Source: Thermoproteus tenax Kra 1 | Lineage (GTDB): Archaea; Thermoproteota; Thermoprotei; Thermoproteales; Thermoproteaceae | Length of the DNA: 32,000 nucleotides | Reading direction: 5' to 3' | Assembly: GCF_000253055.1 (NCBI RefSeq) | Contig: NC_016070.1 | Coordinates: forward strand, 1,260,001 to 1,292,000 | Shown here: piece by piece, positions 8,988-17,794 of the stretch | Numbering within the stretch: the stretch's first letter is position 1 | How the letters are laid out: the number at the start of each line of letters is the position of its first letter | Program-made: the position numbers and the translations under genes | Notes under the pieces: generated by a model | The model's input: only the letters and a program-made list of their open reading frames with translations | The model's database searches: none | Told to the model about the DNA's origin: nothing

Positions 8988-9593
8988 GTGGATTGGGCCA
9001 TCTCGGCCAGAGATGCATACACAGCCATCGGCAAAGCCTATGAGGAGTCCAGGAGGAGGCCTATTTTGGTGTCGGATTTAGCCGTTTTTGGCCCCAAGGC
9101 GCTAGACATAGGCTCCGGCAGAGGCGCTCAGCCCGCCTATTTTGAGGCAGAACACCCCTACGTAGTTCACTGCGATCTGTCCCCCGAGCTAATCCCGCAG
9201 GGCTCAGAGGCCGTGTTGTGTGAGGCCACTATGTTGCCCTTCAGATCGGGCGCGTTCGATGTAGTATACGCAGTTGCGGTCTTTCACCATCTGCCCCCAG
9301 GCGCCTTAATTAGGGCCGTCGCCGAAGGCCTTAGGGTCGGCAGAAGGCTCGTGGCCACCACCTGGCTACTCCCAGGAGGAGGCGGAGAGCGCCGCGAAAT
9401 AGCGTGGAGGTGGAAGTCTCGCGCCGTGCGGACCTACTATGTCTACGGCCTCTCCGACTTGGCCTCAGCTGTATCGGCGGCAGGCGGAAGGCCGTTAATG
9501 CTGACATACCTAAGGAGGGGGCGCCGTCTGAACTCTTTAGTCCTCGCAGAGAGGATCGGCCCTTCGAATGCCCAAGGGCAGAAAAAGAAATAG
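8988..9593 (+). CDS. SAM-dependent methyltransferase, Trm9/ALKBH8-like
   Basis: ALDIGSGRGAQPAYF...HCDLSPELI...LPFRSGAFDVVYAVAVFHHLPPGALIRAVAEGLRVGRRLVATTW, the class I MTase pattern of the Trm9 family. Confidence 0.7.
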   Translation: MDWAISARDAYTAIGKAYEESRRRPILVSDLAVFGPKALDIGSGRGAQPAYFEAEHPYVVHCDLSPELIPQGSEAVLCEATMLPFRSGAFDVVYAVAVFHHLPPGALIRAVAEGLRVGRRLVATTWLLPGGGGERREIAWRWKSRAVRTYYVYGLSDLASAVSAAGGRPLMLTYLRRGRRLNSLVLAERIGPSNAQGQKKK

Positions 9594-9611
9594 AGAAGAG
9601 CAGTCAGTTGC

Positions 9612-11048
9612 GTGATTCGTAGACCTAAGCCGGAAGACGACGGGGCGGAGGTCTCGCCCATCAAGAGGCCCGTCAGAGCCGCCAGCGGCGTCCACGTAGT
9701 CGCCGTTATGACGGGGCCTCTCAGCTGTCCGGGGGAATGCGTGTTCTGCCCCACGGCGAGGGGCGTGCCCAAGTCGTATCTGCCCGACTCGCCCGCCGTG
9801 TTGAGGGCTCTGAGGGCCAGATACGACCCCTATAGGCAAGTTATGGCCAGAATAAAGAATTATCTAGCGGGAGGCCACGAGCCCAACAAAATCGAGGTGA
9901 TAGTTATGGGCGGGACGTTCACGGCGCTACCTCGCCAGTATCAGTTCTGGTTTGTAGGCAACGTCCTCAAGGCCTTGAACGATTATCCACAGTGGTCATC
10001 CGCCGCTCCCTCGGTCGACGTAGAGCTGGAGCAGGAGCGTAACGAGGGGGCAACGCTGAGGCTTGTGGCTCTCACTGTGGAGACCAGGCCTGACTACGTG
10101 GAGAAGCGCCATATAGATGACTTGTTGTCGCTGGGAGTCACTAGGGTCGAGCTGGGCGTACAGTCCATCTACGACGATGTTCTGAGGCTCACGAAGAGGG
10201 GCCACGGCGTTAAGGAGGTCGTGGACGCCACAGCCAGACTGAAGGACGCCGCCTATAAAGTGTGTTATCACCTCATGCCTGGGCTCCCAGGCAGCGACCC
10301 GGACAGAGACCTCGATATGTTCAGAGCCGTGTTCGAGGATCCCTCGTTCCGTCCGGACTGTGTCAAGATATATCCGACCTTCGTCGTGCCCGGGACAGAG
10401 TTGTACGAGTGGTGGAGGAGGGGCATCTATCGCTCCTACGACGAGGAGACTTGGCGGGAGCTCCTCGCCAAAATATATGCGTTGGTCCCCCCGTGGGTGA
10501 GAGTTATGAGGCTGGGCCGGGACATCCCCCTCCACCACGTGGTTGACGGGCCCAGATGGGGCAACATGAGGGAGGTCGTCGAGGAGGAGATGGAGAAGAG
10601 GGGTCTCCCGTGTAGAGAAATCCGTTGTAGAGAGGTCGGCATAAGGATGGTGCACGGCGAGCCTGTAGCTGAGCTCTCCAGATATGAGAAGATAGTGTAT
10701 GAGGCGAGCGGAGGACTCGAGTATTTCTTCCAAGCTGTCGGCGATGACGGCACTTTATATGGGATCCTGAGGCTCAGAATTCCGGCGCAGCCCTGGAGGC
10801 CCGAGATAGATGCGCGCACTGCGTTGGTGAGAGAGATCCACGTCTACGGCCCCGAGGTGCCCATTGGGAGGAGGAGCGTGTGGCCGCAACACAGAGGGAT
10901 AGGCCGCAGGCTGATGGAGCTCGCTGAGGGCGCGGCCGTTGAGAGCTCGGCCAAAAAAGTCGTAGTTATAGCTGGCGTCGGCGCCAGGCCCTACTTCAAA
11001 AAGCTCGGCTACTCTAGGTGTGGGCCCTATATGTGTAAAAGGCTCTAG
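9612..11048 (+). CDS. elp3: Elp3-type tRNA uridine(34) radical SAM / acetyltransferase-like enzyme
   Basis: GTG start; SCPGECVFCP cluster motif, YDPYRQV, VIVMGGTFTALP, PGLPGSD; C-terminal GNAT domain HRGIGRRLMELAEG...GARPYFKKLGYSRCGPYMCKRL. Confidence 0.92.
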   Translation: MIRRPKPEDDGAEVSPIKRPVRAASGVHVVAVMTGPLSCPGECVFCPTARGVPKSYLPDSPAVLRALRARYDPYRQVMARIKNYLAGGHEPNKIEVIVMGGTFTALPRQYQFWFVGNVLKALNDYPQWSSAAPSVDVELEQERNEGATLRLVALTVETRPDYVEKRHIDDLLSLGVTRVELGVQSIYDDVLRLTKRGHGVKEVVDATARLKDAAYKVCYHLMPGLPGSDPDRDLDMFRAVFEDPSFRPDCVKIYPTFVVPGTELYEWWRRGIYRSYDEETWRELLAKIYALVPPWVRVMRLGRDIPLHHVVDGPRWGNMREVVEEEMEKRGLPCREIRCREVGIRMVHGEPVAELSRYEKIVYEASGGLEYFFQAVGDDGTLYGILRLRIPAQPWRPEIDARTALVREIHVYGPEVPIGRRSVWPQHRGIGRRLMELAEGAAVESSAKKVVVIAGVGARPYFKKLGYSRCGPYMCKRL

Positions 11049-13525
11049 GTGCCGGCGCTCAGCTCGGCGGCGAGGGCTGCATGGCGGCGCCTTATGATGA
11101 TGTAGGCGCCGGCTCCTCCGCCGGCTGCAGCGGCTATTATAATTAACGGAAGAGGATTGAGGTTCCACACGGCCGTGTATGTGCCGGGCGCGACGACCAC
11201 TACAGAGGGCGAGTTGAAGACTTGCCCGCTGGGGCTCTGCCATCCGCCGAACTGGTAGAGCAACGGCGGCGGGCTCCAGACTTGGTCTGGGCTCACCGTC
11301 ACATACAACGTAGACCCTGCGTCGGCCCACGTCTCAGCCACGCTTGGTGTGCCGTATTTGCTCTGGAACGTCACTAGATACTGAGTCTTGGTTGCATAAG
11401 TTACATTCATGGGACCCTCTACGGTCACTTTGGCTGTAGGCGAGGACGGGCCGGCCTTGCCGTTAATGACCCAATAAGCAAACGCCGTACGAGTCTGACC
11501 AGATGTGCTCAAGGCCTCGGGTATGTTCAATGTGATAGTGCTCCCCTTGTCGGCCCATACAGAGCTCATGCCGTTAACTGTGCCAGGCTGTTTGACTACG
11601 ACTAGATATTGGACTGAGTATATCGGATCCACCGTCAAAGGCCCTGTCACCTCAGCCGTGAAGTTGCCCGACTGGCCGTTGCTCCACCCATGGAAGTAGA
11701 GGCGGGTGCCGTTCCCGAAGTCGTAGATCAATGGCGCCGTAAATTGGACGTAGGAGTATTGATCGGCCCACAACGACTGTGAGCCGTTGACAGCCGCCGG
11801 CCATTTTGTTGTAACTAGGTACTGCATCACATAGTAGGCGGTCGTAGTGACGGGGTACGTCGTAACATAGGGCGTGAGCCCCGAGGACACTGGTTGGCCG
11901 TACTGGTCGTAGACCACGAGACCTCTCAGTCTCCAACGCGCCGTTGAGTTTATCTGTACAATGGACGGCGCCAAAACTTTATAGACCGCGGTGACCGTCG
12001 TTGGGCCATTGACGTTGACGGCTATGGAGGGCGCCGGTACGTTTATGACAGTGTTATTGACTACCCAATGGTCCAGAACCATGTCGGCTGTGGATCCCGC
12101 GCCTGCAGGACCGCCGAACATCAAGATCTGCACTCTCGGGTTTGCTGCATATACCGTTGTGCCGGCGGCCCACGTGGGGCCGGACACAAGACCAGGAGGA
12201 CTTATGTCCACTCTGTATTGAAGTTGGTAGTAGAGGATAACGGGGGACTGCAGATTGCCCGATACCGATAGAGTCACATTGTTCAGAGGGGCACAACGCG
12301 AGGACTGGCTGAGGTATCTATACTGTGGTATTATCTGTACCGGGCCCACTGGCAGAAGGACTTGGGCAGTGCCGGCCACTTGGTATGTGAACGTAGATCC
12401 CGACGATACTACGTCTATGGTCTCATTGAGGCAGGGCTCGGGGCCTGTGACCTCTATAGTCGCCGCTGGATCTACTACTTTGATCATCCCTATCGCCAAA
12501 CGCTGGAACTTGACGGTTCCCCAAGTCTCAACGGCTACAGTGAGGCCGTCCCACGATGTCGCCACGCTGGTGACTGGCGCACCGGCGTCCCACTCGGCCG
12601 CTAAATGGCCGTTCCAATATACCACAACTTGGCCTCCCAAGGTGCCGACGACGATGATAGAGCCGTTGCCGGAGACAGCTATTGCAGTAGGCGCTGAGGG
12701 GAGCATTGCGGTGAACTGGAGAGAGCCGTCTCTATATACGTAGAGCTGATCGTAGATGCCCACTGCGAGCGTCGATCCGTCTTGGCTCACTGCGGCGGCT
12801 ACGGCGGGCGTGTTTGTGCCGTATTCCGTAATAGCGCCCGGTGTCAGATCGACTCCAAGGGGCCAGATTATGAGGTGCGGCAGACGGCCTTTGTAGAACC
12901 ATACTGCGTACGGCTGAGCGCCTGGATTTGCCCCTATGAAGTACACTGTGCCTGGGTTGGACGCCAACTGTGTCACGGATGCGCCGGAGATGGCGTACAG
13001 CGCGCCTGAATATGTACCGGCATAGATAGTGTTGCCGTCACGGCTGTAGGCGAGGGCCGTAACCGGCGCGCCCAGACTATAGGTCGCCTCTATGCCCTTC
13101 TCGTCAACCACAATGACTTCACCAGACTCAGTTCCAACCGCCACTTGGACGCAGTTGGTGGCGACGGCGGTTATATTTTGACGGCTCAAGCCCTTGGACC
13201 ATATCATGTAGCCATACGGCGTGAACAAAGATACCACAGAATATTTAACTAAGCTTACGTTTATCAGACCCCTGCTCTGATTAACGTAGACATAGTATAT
13301 ATAGGGTCTGTCGACTATAGCTAGACAGCCTCCGTAGGCGTTAGTGGCTATCAGTGGATAGTGCGCAGCCGCGCTCCATATCGTGCCGCCGTTCTCGGCG
13401 ATTATATTGACGCCCGTCTGAGTTGCTTGGTATATCAAGTCCAGACTCTCAGTGCCCAGGATATAGGCGGAGGCCAGATAGGCCCCCAACACTACGGCCA
13501 GTAATAAGGCTATCAACCATCTCAT
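11045..13525 (-). CDS. Large secreted, membrane-anchored surface protein: N-terminal beta-propeller-like region, C-terminal repeat modules, C-terminal TM
   Basis: Signal MRWLIALLLAVVLGAYLASA; repeated YSRDGNTIYAGTYSGALYAI-like blades; repeats of QYLVxxx...VNG...WADxGST; end PLIIIAAAAGGGAGAYIIIRRR. Confidence 0.75.
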   Translation of the reverse strand: MRWLIALLLAVVLGAYLASAYILGTESLDLIYQATQTGVNIIAENGGTIWSAAAHYPLIATNAYGGCLAIVDRPYIYYVYVNQSRGLINVSLVKYSVVSLFTPYGYMIWSKGLSRQNITAVATNCVQVAVGTESGEVIVVDEKGIEATYSLGAPVTALAYSRDGNTIYAGTYSGALYAISGASVTQLASNPGTVYFIGANPGAQPYAVWFYKGRLPHLIIWPLGVDLTPGAITEYGTNTPAVAAAVSQDGSTLAVGIYDQLYVYRDGSLQFTAMLPSAPTAIAVSGNGSIIVVGTLGGQVVVYWNGHLAAEWDAGAPVTSVATSWDGLTVAVETWGTVKFQRLAIGMIKVVDPAATIEVTGPEPCLNETIDVVSSGSTFTYQVAGTAQVLLPVGPVQIIPQYRYLSQSSRCAPLNNVTLSVSGNLQSPVILYYQLQYRVDISPPGLVSGPTWAAGTTVYAANPRVQILMFGGPAGAGSTADMVLDHWVVNNTVINVPAPSIAVNVNGPTTVTAVYKVLAPSIVQINSTARWRLRGLVVYDQYGQPVSSGLTPYVTTYPVTTTAYYVMQYLVTTKWPAAVNGSQSLWADQYSYVQFTAPLIYDFGNGTRLYFHGWSNGQSGNFTAEVTGPLTVDPIYSVQYLVVVKQPGTVNGMSSVWADKGSTITLNIPEALSTSGQTRTAFAYWVINGKAGPSSPTAKVTVEGPMNVTYATKTQYLVTFQSKYGTPSVAETWADAGSTLYVTVSPDQVWSPPPLLYQFGGWQSPSGQVFNSPSVVVVAPGTYTAVWNLNPLPLIIIAAAAGGGAGAYIIIRRRHAALAAELSAGT

Positions 13526-13556
13526 GGAGCATCGGTGTTGATGTTAAATATATATT

Positions 13557-14684
13557 TTACGTTTCTATCTTTGCCAAGTAAGGGGAAAGGGCCCTCGACA
13601 GGCCCTCGGGTAGTGACGACTTATATTGGTCTATAAGGCTCAACATGACCAACGAGGGCAATTCGCCGGGAGAGAACCCCCGGCTCCTGAGGTAGAAGAC
13701 CTTCTCGTCGTCCAACGATGCGTCTGCGGCCGAGTGCTTCGCGCCCAAGACGTCACCCGTGTCTATATAGAGGACGGGCTGAGTTACGGCCACGGCCTCG
13801 GGCGATGCTATGTACGACACGCCCTCAGCCACGCTCTCGCTCCATCTGCCTTGCTTCGTTATTCTCCCCAAGGCCCTCTGGATCACCCATGCCCTGTCTC
13901 TAGATATGGCGATCAGCCTTATCCTGCTCCTTCCGTACTCTCCATCGTTCACAGAGGCCACGTAGTGGTGTATTTTGGAATCGCCGGCGCCTACGTCAAG
14001 CCCTACTACGTCCACAGAGGATCTTTCCCCTTGTACTACATACTCTTCGATTACACTATTCATGGAGCCCGAGTAAGCTAGAGGCCTAGCCACTACGGAC
14101 GTTCTGGATCCCACGGACGTCCTGACCAATACGTAGTGGGGTCCCCCCGCCGAGATGGAGACTGTTGAGAGGTTGAGCGATGATCCATCGCCGACTGTTC
14201 CCTCCACTATTACGGCGTTGAGCACGTCGCCAAAGCTCTCCGCCAAGATCACTACGTCGCCCTCGAAGCCGCTCTCAACATCGAGATAGAGATATGCCGC
14301 TGAGAATGCCCTCTGGCCCGATGCAGATGCTCTGATCACAACGGGCGCATTGGGCCGTCCCCACAACTTGACGTGGACGGCCTCAAGTACCTTCGAGAAG
14401 ATGAGGGCTTGCATCTTGTTCTCAATAGTAATATAGCGGAGGGGCGCCTCGTCGGAGGCCCACGCCTCGACGCCCCCACAAGAGCCTACTCCTGCCAGTG
14501 TTCCGTTAACCACTGAGACCTCGCAAGGGGCAGGGCTTGCGCTAAGTCGCGGGGCATCTGCTGTATAGCCCTCATATTTAGACCAATCGATATAGTGTTT
14601 AACGCCGGGCGAGTCGGCGTACTCTTGATACGGTAACTTAGCAACGAGCTCCGCGGCGCGAGCTTTCAGCTCGTTCAACTTCAC
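13557..14684 (-). CDS. SufB/SufD-family Fe-S assembly scaffold-like protein (stand-alone)
   Basis: C-terminal YIDTGDVLGAKHSAADASLDDEKVFYLRSRGFSPGEL typical of SufBD; beta-helix-like core. Confidence 0.8.
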   Translation of the reverse strand: MKLNELKARAAELVAKLPYQEYADSPGVKHYIDWSKYEGYTADAPRLSASPAPCEVSVVNGTLAGVGSCGGVEAWASDEAPLRYITIENKMQALIFSKVLEAVHVKLWGRPNAPVVIRASASGQRAFSAAYLYLDVESGFEGDVVILAESFGDVLNAVIVEGTVGDGSSLNLSTVSISAGGPHYVLVRTSVGSRTSVVARPLAYSGSMNSVIEEYVVQGERSSVDVVGLDVGAGDSKIHHYVASVNDGEYGRSRIRLIAISRDRAWVIQRALGRITKQGRWSESVAEGVSYIASPEAVAVTQPVLYIDTGDVLGAKHSAADASLDDEKVFYLRSRGFSPGELPSLVMLSLIDQYKSSLPEGLSRALSPYLAKIET

Positions 14685-14721
14685 AGAGGAATCGTTTTCT
14701 ATTATTAAAAACAGAGAGTCA

Positions 14722-15144
14722 ATGGAGGAGGTATCGGCCGGTGCCGTAGTATTCTTCGAGAGCGGGGGGAAGATCGAGTACCTGTTGCTCCACTATCCGG
14801 CCGGCCACTGGGATTTCCCCAAGGGGAACATCGAATTCGGCGAATCGCCGGAGGAGGCCGCATTGAGAGAAATAAAAGAGGAGACAGGACTAGACGTAGA
14901 GCTCATCACTACATTCCGTGAGGAGATCGAGTACTTCTACTACAGGGGCGGCAAGAGGATCAGAAAGAGGGTCATCTACTTCTTGGCCAGGGCGCGATCT
15001 AAGGACGTCAGACTTTCGTGGGAGCACAGCGGCTTCGTCTGGCTACCTTTCGATGAGGCGTTATCTCGGACCACTTACGAAAATTCCAGACGCGTTCTAG
15101 CGAGGGCCCACGCCTATATAAGAGAAAGGCTCGTAGGCCGTTGA
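14722..15144 (+). CDS. Nudix hydrolase (Ap4A hydrolase-like)
   Basis: Nudix box GNIEFGESPEEAALREIKEETGLDVE. Confidence 0.9.
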   Translation: MEEVSAGAVVFFESGGKIEYLLLHYPAGHWDFPKGNIEFGESPEEAALREIKEETGLDVELITTFREEIEYFYYRGGKRIRKRVIYFLARARSKDVRLSWEHSGFVWLPFDEALSRTTYENSRRVLARAHAYIRERLVGR

Positions 15145-15276
15145 TCCAGGGGGCTCAAGGCCGTATTTTCCACAGTTTTCAATGCGATGGCACCGCTTCA
15201 ACGGCTATCCGCCATAGGGCGAGACCCCCGTAGAGTCGCCGCCAGCTGTAGAGGGGTTGAGGATGTTGATCTCTCA

Positions 15277-15771
15277 CTAGATTTCCTCAATAGAGAAGGC
15301 TTGGTCGGCCAGAGATCTGAGCACTGTGCACTGCTCCGTCATCATCGACCAGAGCCTCGATTCAACCTCGCCCAGACGGCGTCCCTCATCTGGAAGATAG
15401 GAGAGGAGCGCTCTGATGAGGGCGGCCGCCCTCGCGAGGGCCTCGGGGCACCCCAGCCCTCTGTTCGCCTGGAGCGCCCCCTCGCCTCCCAGCCTCGATA
15501 TGACCTCGTCGGGGACCTCGGCCGCCGCTGCGATGAACCTCGCGGGGTCGTCCAAGGCGTTTTTGAGCTTATTTATAGTTTCGTCGAGGGCTTTGACCGT
15601 CTTCATGATCAGCTCGAAGTTGTGTTTGCCCAGGACGCGCTCCAGAGTTTTGAAGAACAACGCGCTGTCGCCCATTATCTTCTCCGGCCTCACTCCGGCG
15701 GCCCTCAGCTTGGTCAAGATCATGGTCCTCGTGGTCTCATCTAAGTACGCCAAAAACGCAGACGGAGTCAT
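15277..15771 (-). CDS. Conserved-looking helical protein of unknown function
   Basis: 164-aa ORF with ordinary codon usage filling the gap between Nudix and topoisomerase genes. Confidence 0.55.
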   Translation of the reverse strand: MTPSAFLAYLDETTRTMILTKLRAAGVRPEKIMGDSALFFKTLERVLGKHNFELIMKTVKALDETINKLKNALDDPARFIAAAAEVPDEVISRLGGEGALQANRGLGCPEALARAAALIRALLSYLPDEGRRLGEVESRLWSMMTEQCTVLRSLADQAFSIEEI

Positions 15772-15807
15772 GACAACCTTGAATACGCCATTTTTAAAAT
15801 GCTGAGT

Positions 15808-17628
15808 TTAGACATCAGATCTGGGGCCATTGCGTGTCTCCTCCCTTAGGACTTTGACGAGCTCCCGCGCTATCTCCTGCCTCTTCTCGTAGAGGCCCTT
15901 ATAGAAGGTCTTGAACTCTCCTCTGATTGTCTCTAATACCTTCTTAACGTCAGCGCGACCAACCGCTATGTCTTGGAGGGCGGCCTCCATTTTAGACCTA
16001 ACTGTCGGGTCTATTATTGGCCTTGCATGGTTCATCAACGAGCTGGCCAGAGTCATGCCAAGCTTTGTGGGCACACAACGGCCGCCAACTATCCTCATGT
16101 ATCCTCTTATTACGTTGGTGTGTATATGGTCTTGCATAGTGGCATCCGTCCCTATTCCGTACTTTTTCATCAGCCTCAAGAGCTCCGACTCGCTCATCCG
16201 AGGAGGGGGCTCCGTCTTCTTTTTCTCAATTTTTGCTGAGACCATCCTGGCCCAGACGCCGGCTTGTACCCTCGGCAGGCGCCTATCCTCTTCCTCCTCA
16301 TAGGGATATATTTCCCAATATCCTCTTTCTATTATCCTTCTGCCCTCTGCCTCTAGAACCAGCGGGCCGAACGCCACAGCGATCCTCTGGCGCTCCACGA
16401 TCGCTGGCGGGCTCAAAGTGGCCAAGAAGTGTCTGACTACAAACTCGTAGAGCTTCCACGCCCTTGTCCCCAACGCCCGTTCTACTTCAGCTTTAGTCGC
16501 ACCTCGGGTGGGGTAGATGGGCGGGTGTGCTCTGTCGTCCGAGTTGCCGCGGGTGGGCGATATAGGGCCTCTCAAGAGCCGCTCGGCGTATTGGCCAAAC
16601 TGGGTATTGGTCAGTTCCTCCAACACAGCCCTCAGATCTAAAGTGGGCGGATATATCGTCGTCTCAGTGCGTGGATAAGAGATATAGCCCCTTCGATAAA
16701 GCTCCTCGGCTGTGTCCAACGCGGCCTTTGCTCTGATGTTCAGCCATTTGCTCGCCCTTCTCTCGAGCTCCACAGTATCTAGAGGCGCCGGCGGCTTAAC
16801 CCTAGTCTCCTCGAATCTCGCCTCGATCACTTTACCCAACGAGACTCTAGCCGCTCTCACGGCCGCCTCGGCCTCCTCCCTCGCCTTGAACGGCCTCGAG
16901 CGAGCCTCAAAGGAGCCCGCCTCGGTCTCAACGATGCCCTTGACTACATAGTACTCCTCGGGCTTGAAGTTGAGACGCTCCAGCTCTCTTGACACAACTA
17001 GGCCCAACACGGGCGTCTGGCAAGGCCCGTAGCTGAGGAACTTCCCAAACGGAAGCGCCTTGTTGTCTACCTCCCTCACGGCGAGCGTCAAAAGCCTTGT
17101 GAAGGCTGCCCCTATTGTCAAATCGCTCACCATCCTTGCGAAGACCTTCTCGACTACTTTGAGATCCAGCTCCACAGGGCGCTCAAACGCCTGTACTATA
17201 TCCTTCTTAGTAACAGCGTTGAATCTCACTCTCTTGAACCGCGCGCGGGGGTTAACGGCCCTCACTTGGAGCACGACCTCATAGGCTATTGCCTCGCCCT
17301 CTGAGTCGGCGTCAAGAGCCAGGTACACCTCGTCTTCGTCCCGGGCCAACGCCCTTAAGGCATACAGATATTTTATTGTCTCGTCCCGAGGAACCAACAC
17401 GGTTATCTTATCGAAGAGCTCCACGGGCTCCAGGGCATTCCACTTGTTCAGCTCTTGTGGGAAGTCGAAGTCGAGGATGTGGCCGCTGAGGCCCAAGCTG
17501 ACCGCTTGTCTGTCCTTATACTTAAACCTATATGCCATCACGCCAGATATTTTGAAGTAGGAATAGGATGTGGCTAAATATTTGGCTATAGCCTGTGCCA
17601 CAGATCTCTTCTCAGCAACGATGAGCAC
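15808..17628 (-). CDS. topA: Type IA DNA topoisomerase (topoisomerase III-like)
   Basis: LIVAEKRSVAQAIAKYL, LALDADSEGEAI, YGPCQTPVLGLVV, RRGYISYPRTETT; GTG 7628-type start at 17628, about 24 nt from a TATA-like box gcttttatag. Confidence 0.92.
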   Translation of the reverse strand: MLIVAEKRSVAQAIAKYLATSYSYFKISGVMAYRFKYKDRQAVSLGLSGHILDFDFPQELNKWNALEPVELFDKITVLVPRDETIKYLYALRALARDEDEVYLALDADSEGEAIAYEVVLQVRAVNPRARFKRVRFNAVTKKDIVQAFERPVELDLKVVEKVFARMVSDLTIGAAFTRLLTLAVREVDNKALPFGKFLSYGPCQTPVLGLVVSRELERLNFKPEEYYVVKGIVETEAGSFEARSRPFKAREEAEAAVRAARVSLGKVIEARFEETRVKPPAPLDTVELERRASKWLNIRAKAALDTAEELYRRGYISYPRTETTIYPPTLDLRAVLEELTNTQFGQYAERLLRGPISPTRGNSDDRAHPPIYPTRGATKAEVERALGTRAWKLYEFVVRHFLATLSPPAIVERQRIAVAFGPLVLEAEGRRIIERGYWEIYPYEEEEDRRLPRVQAGVWARMVSAKIEKKKTEPPPRMSESELLRLMKKYGIGTDATMQDHIHTNVIRGYMRIVGGRCVPTKLGMTLASSLMNHARPIIDPTVRSKMEAALQDIAVGRADVKKVLETIRGEFKTFYKGLYEKRQEIARELVKVLREETRNGPRSDV

Positions 17629-17675
17629 ATCTTAATGGGCGCCACACTATAAAAGCGTGAAATATAAAAAACTCA

Positions 17676-17740
17676 ACCGAGCTTACTACCGACCGCAGAG
17701 GGCCCCGTCTGGGGCGCTGTGATGCCGGCTCGGTCGGTCC
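17676..17740 (+). ncRNA. Candidate structured small RNA
   Basis: ACCGAGC(17676-17682)/GCTCGGT(17728-17734) or ACCGACC(17688-17694)/GGTCGGT(17732-17738) pairing around CGCAG/CTGTG and GCCCC/GGGGC inner stems; TATA-like actataaaag at about 17647-17656 is about 25 nt upstream. Confidence 0.35.
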
Positions 17741-17794
17741 CCCTTGACATACATATATCCACAACTTTTTTATATGAGGAAGTACCATGAGGGC

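Noticed and set aside
9996-10733. 245-aa minus-strand ORF opposite elp3
   Set aside because: Lies wholly inside elp3 on the other strand; His/Pro/Leu-rich composition typical of GC-rich shadows.
15187-15744. Plus-strand ORFs 15187..15744 and 15416..15805
   Set aside because: They compete with minus-strand ORF 15277..15771; the latter reads as a balanced helical protein and is oriented with topA, but this is a judgement call.
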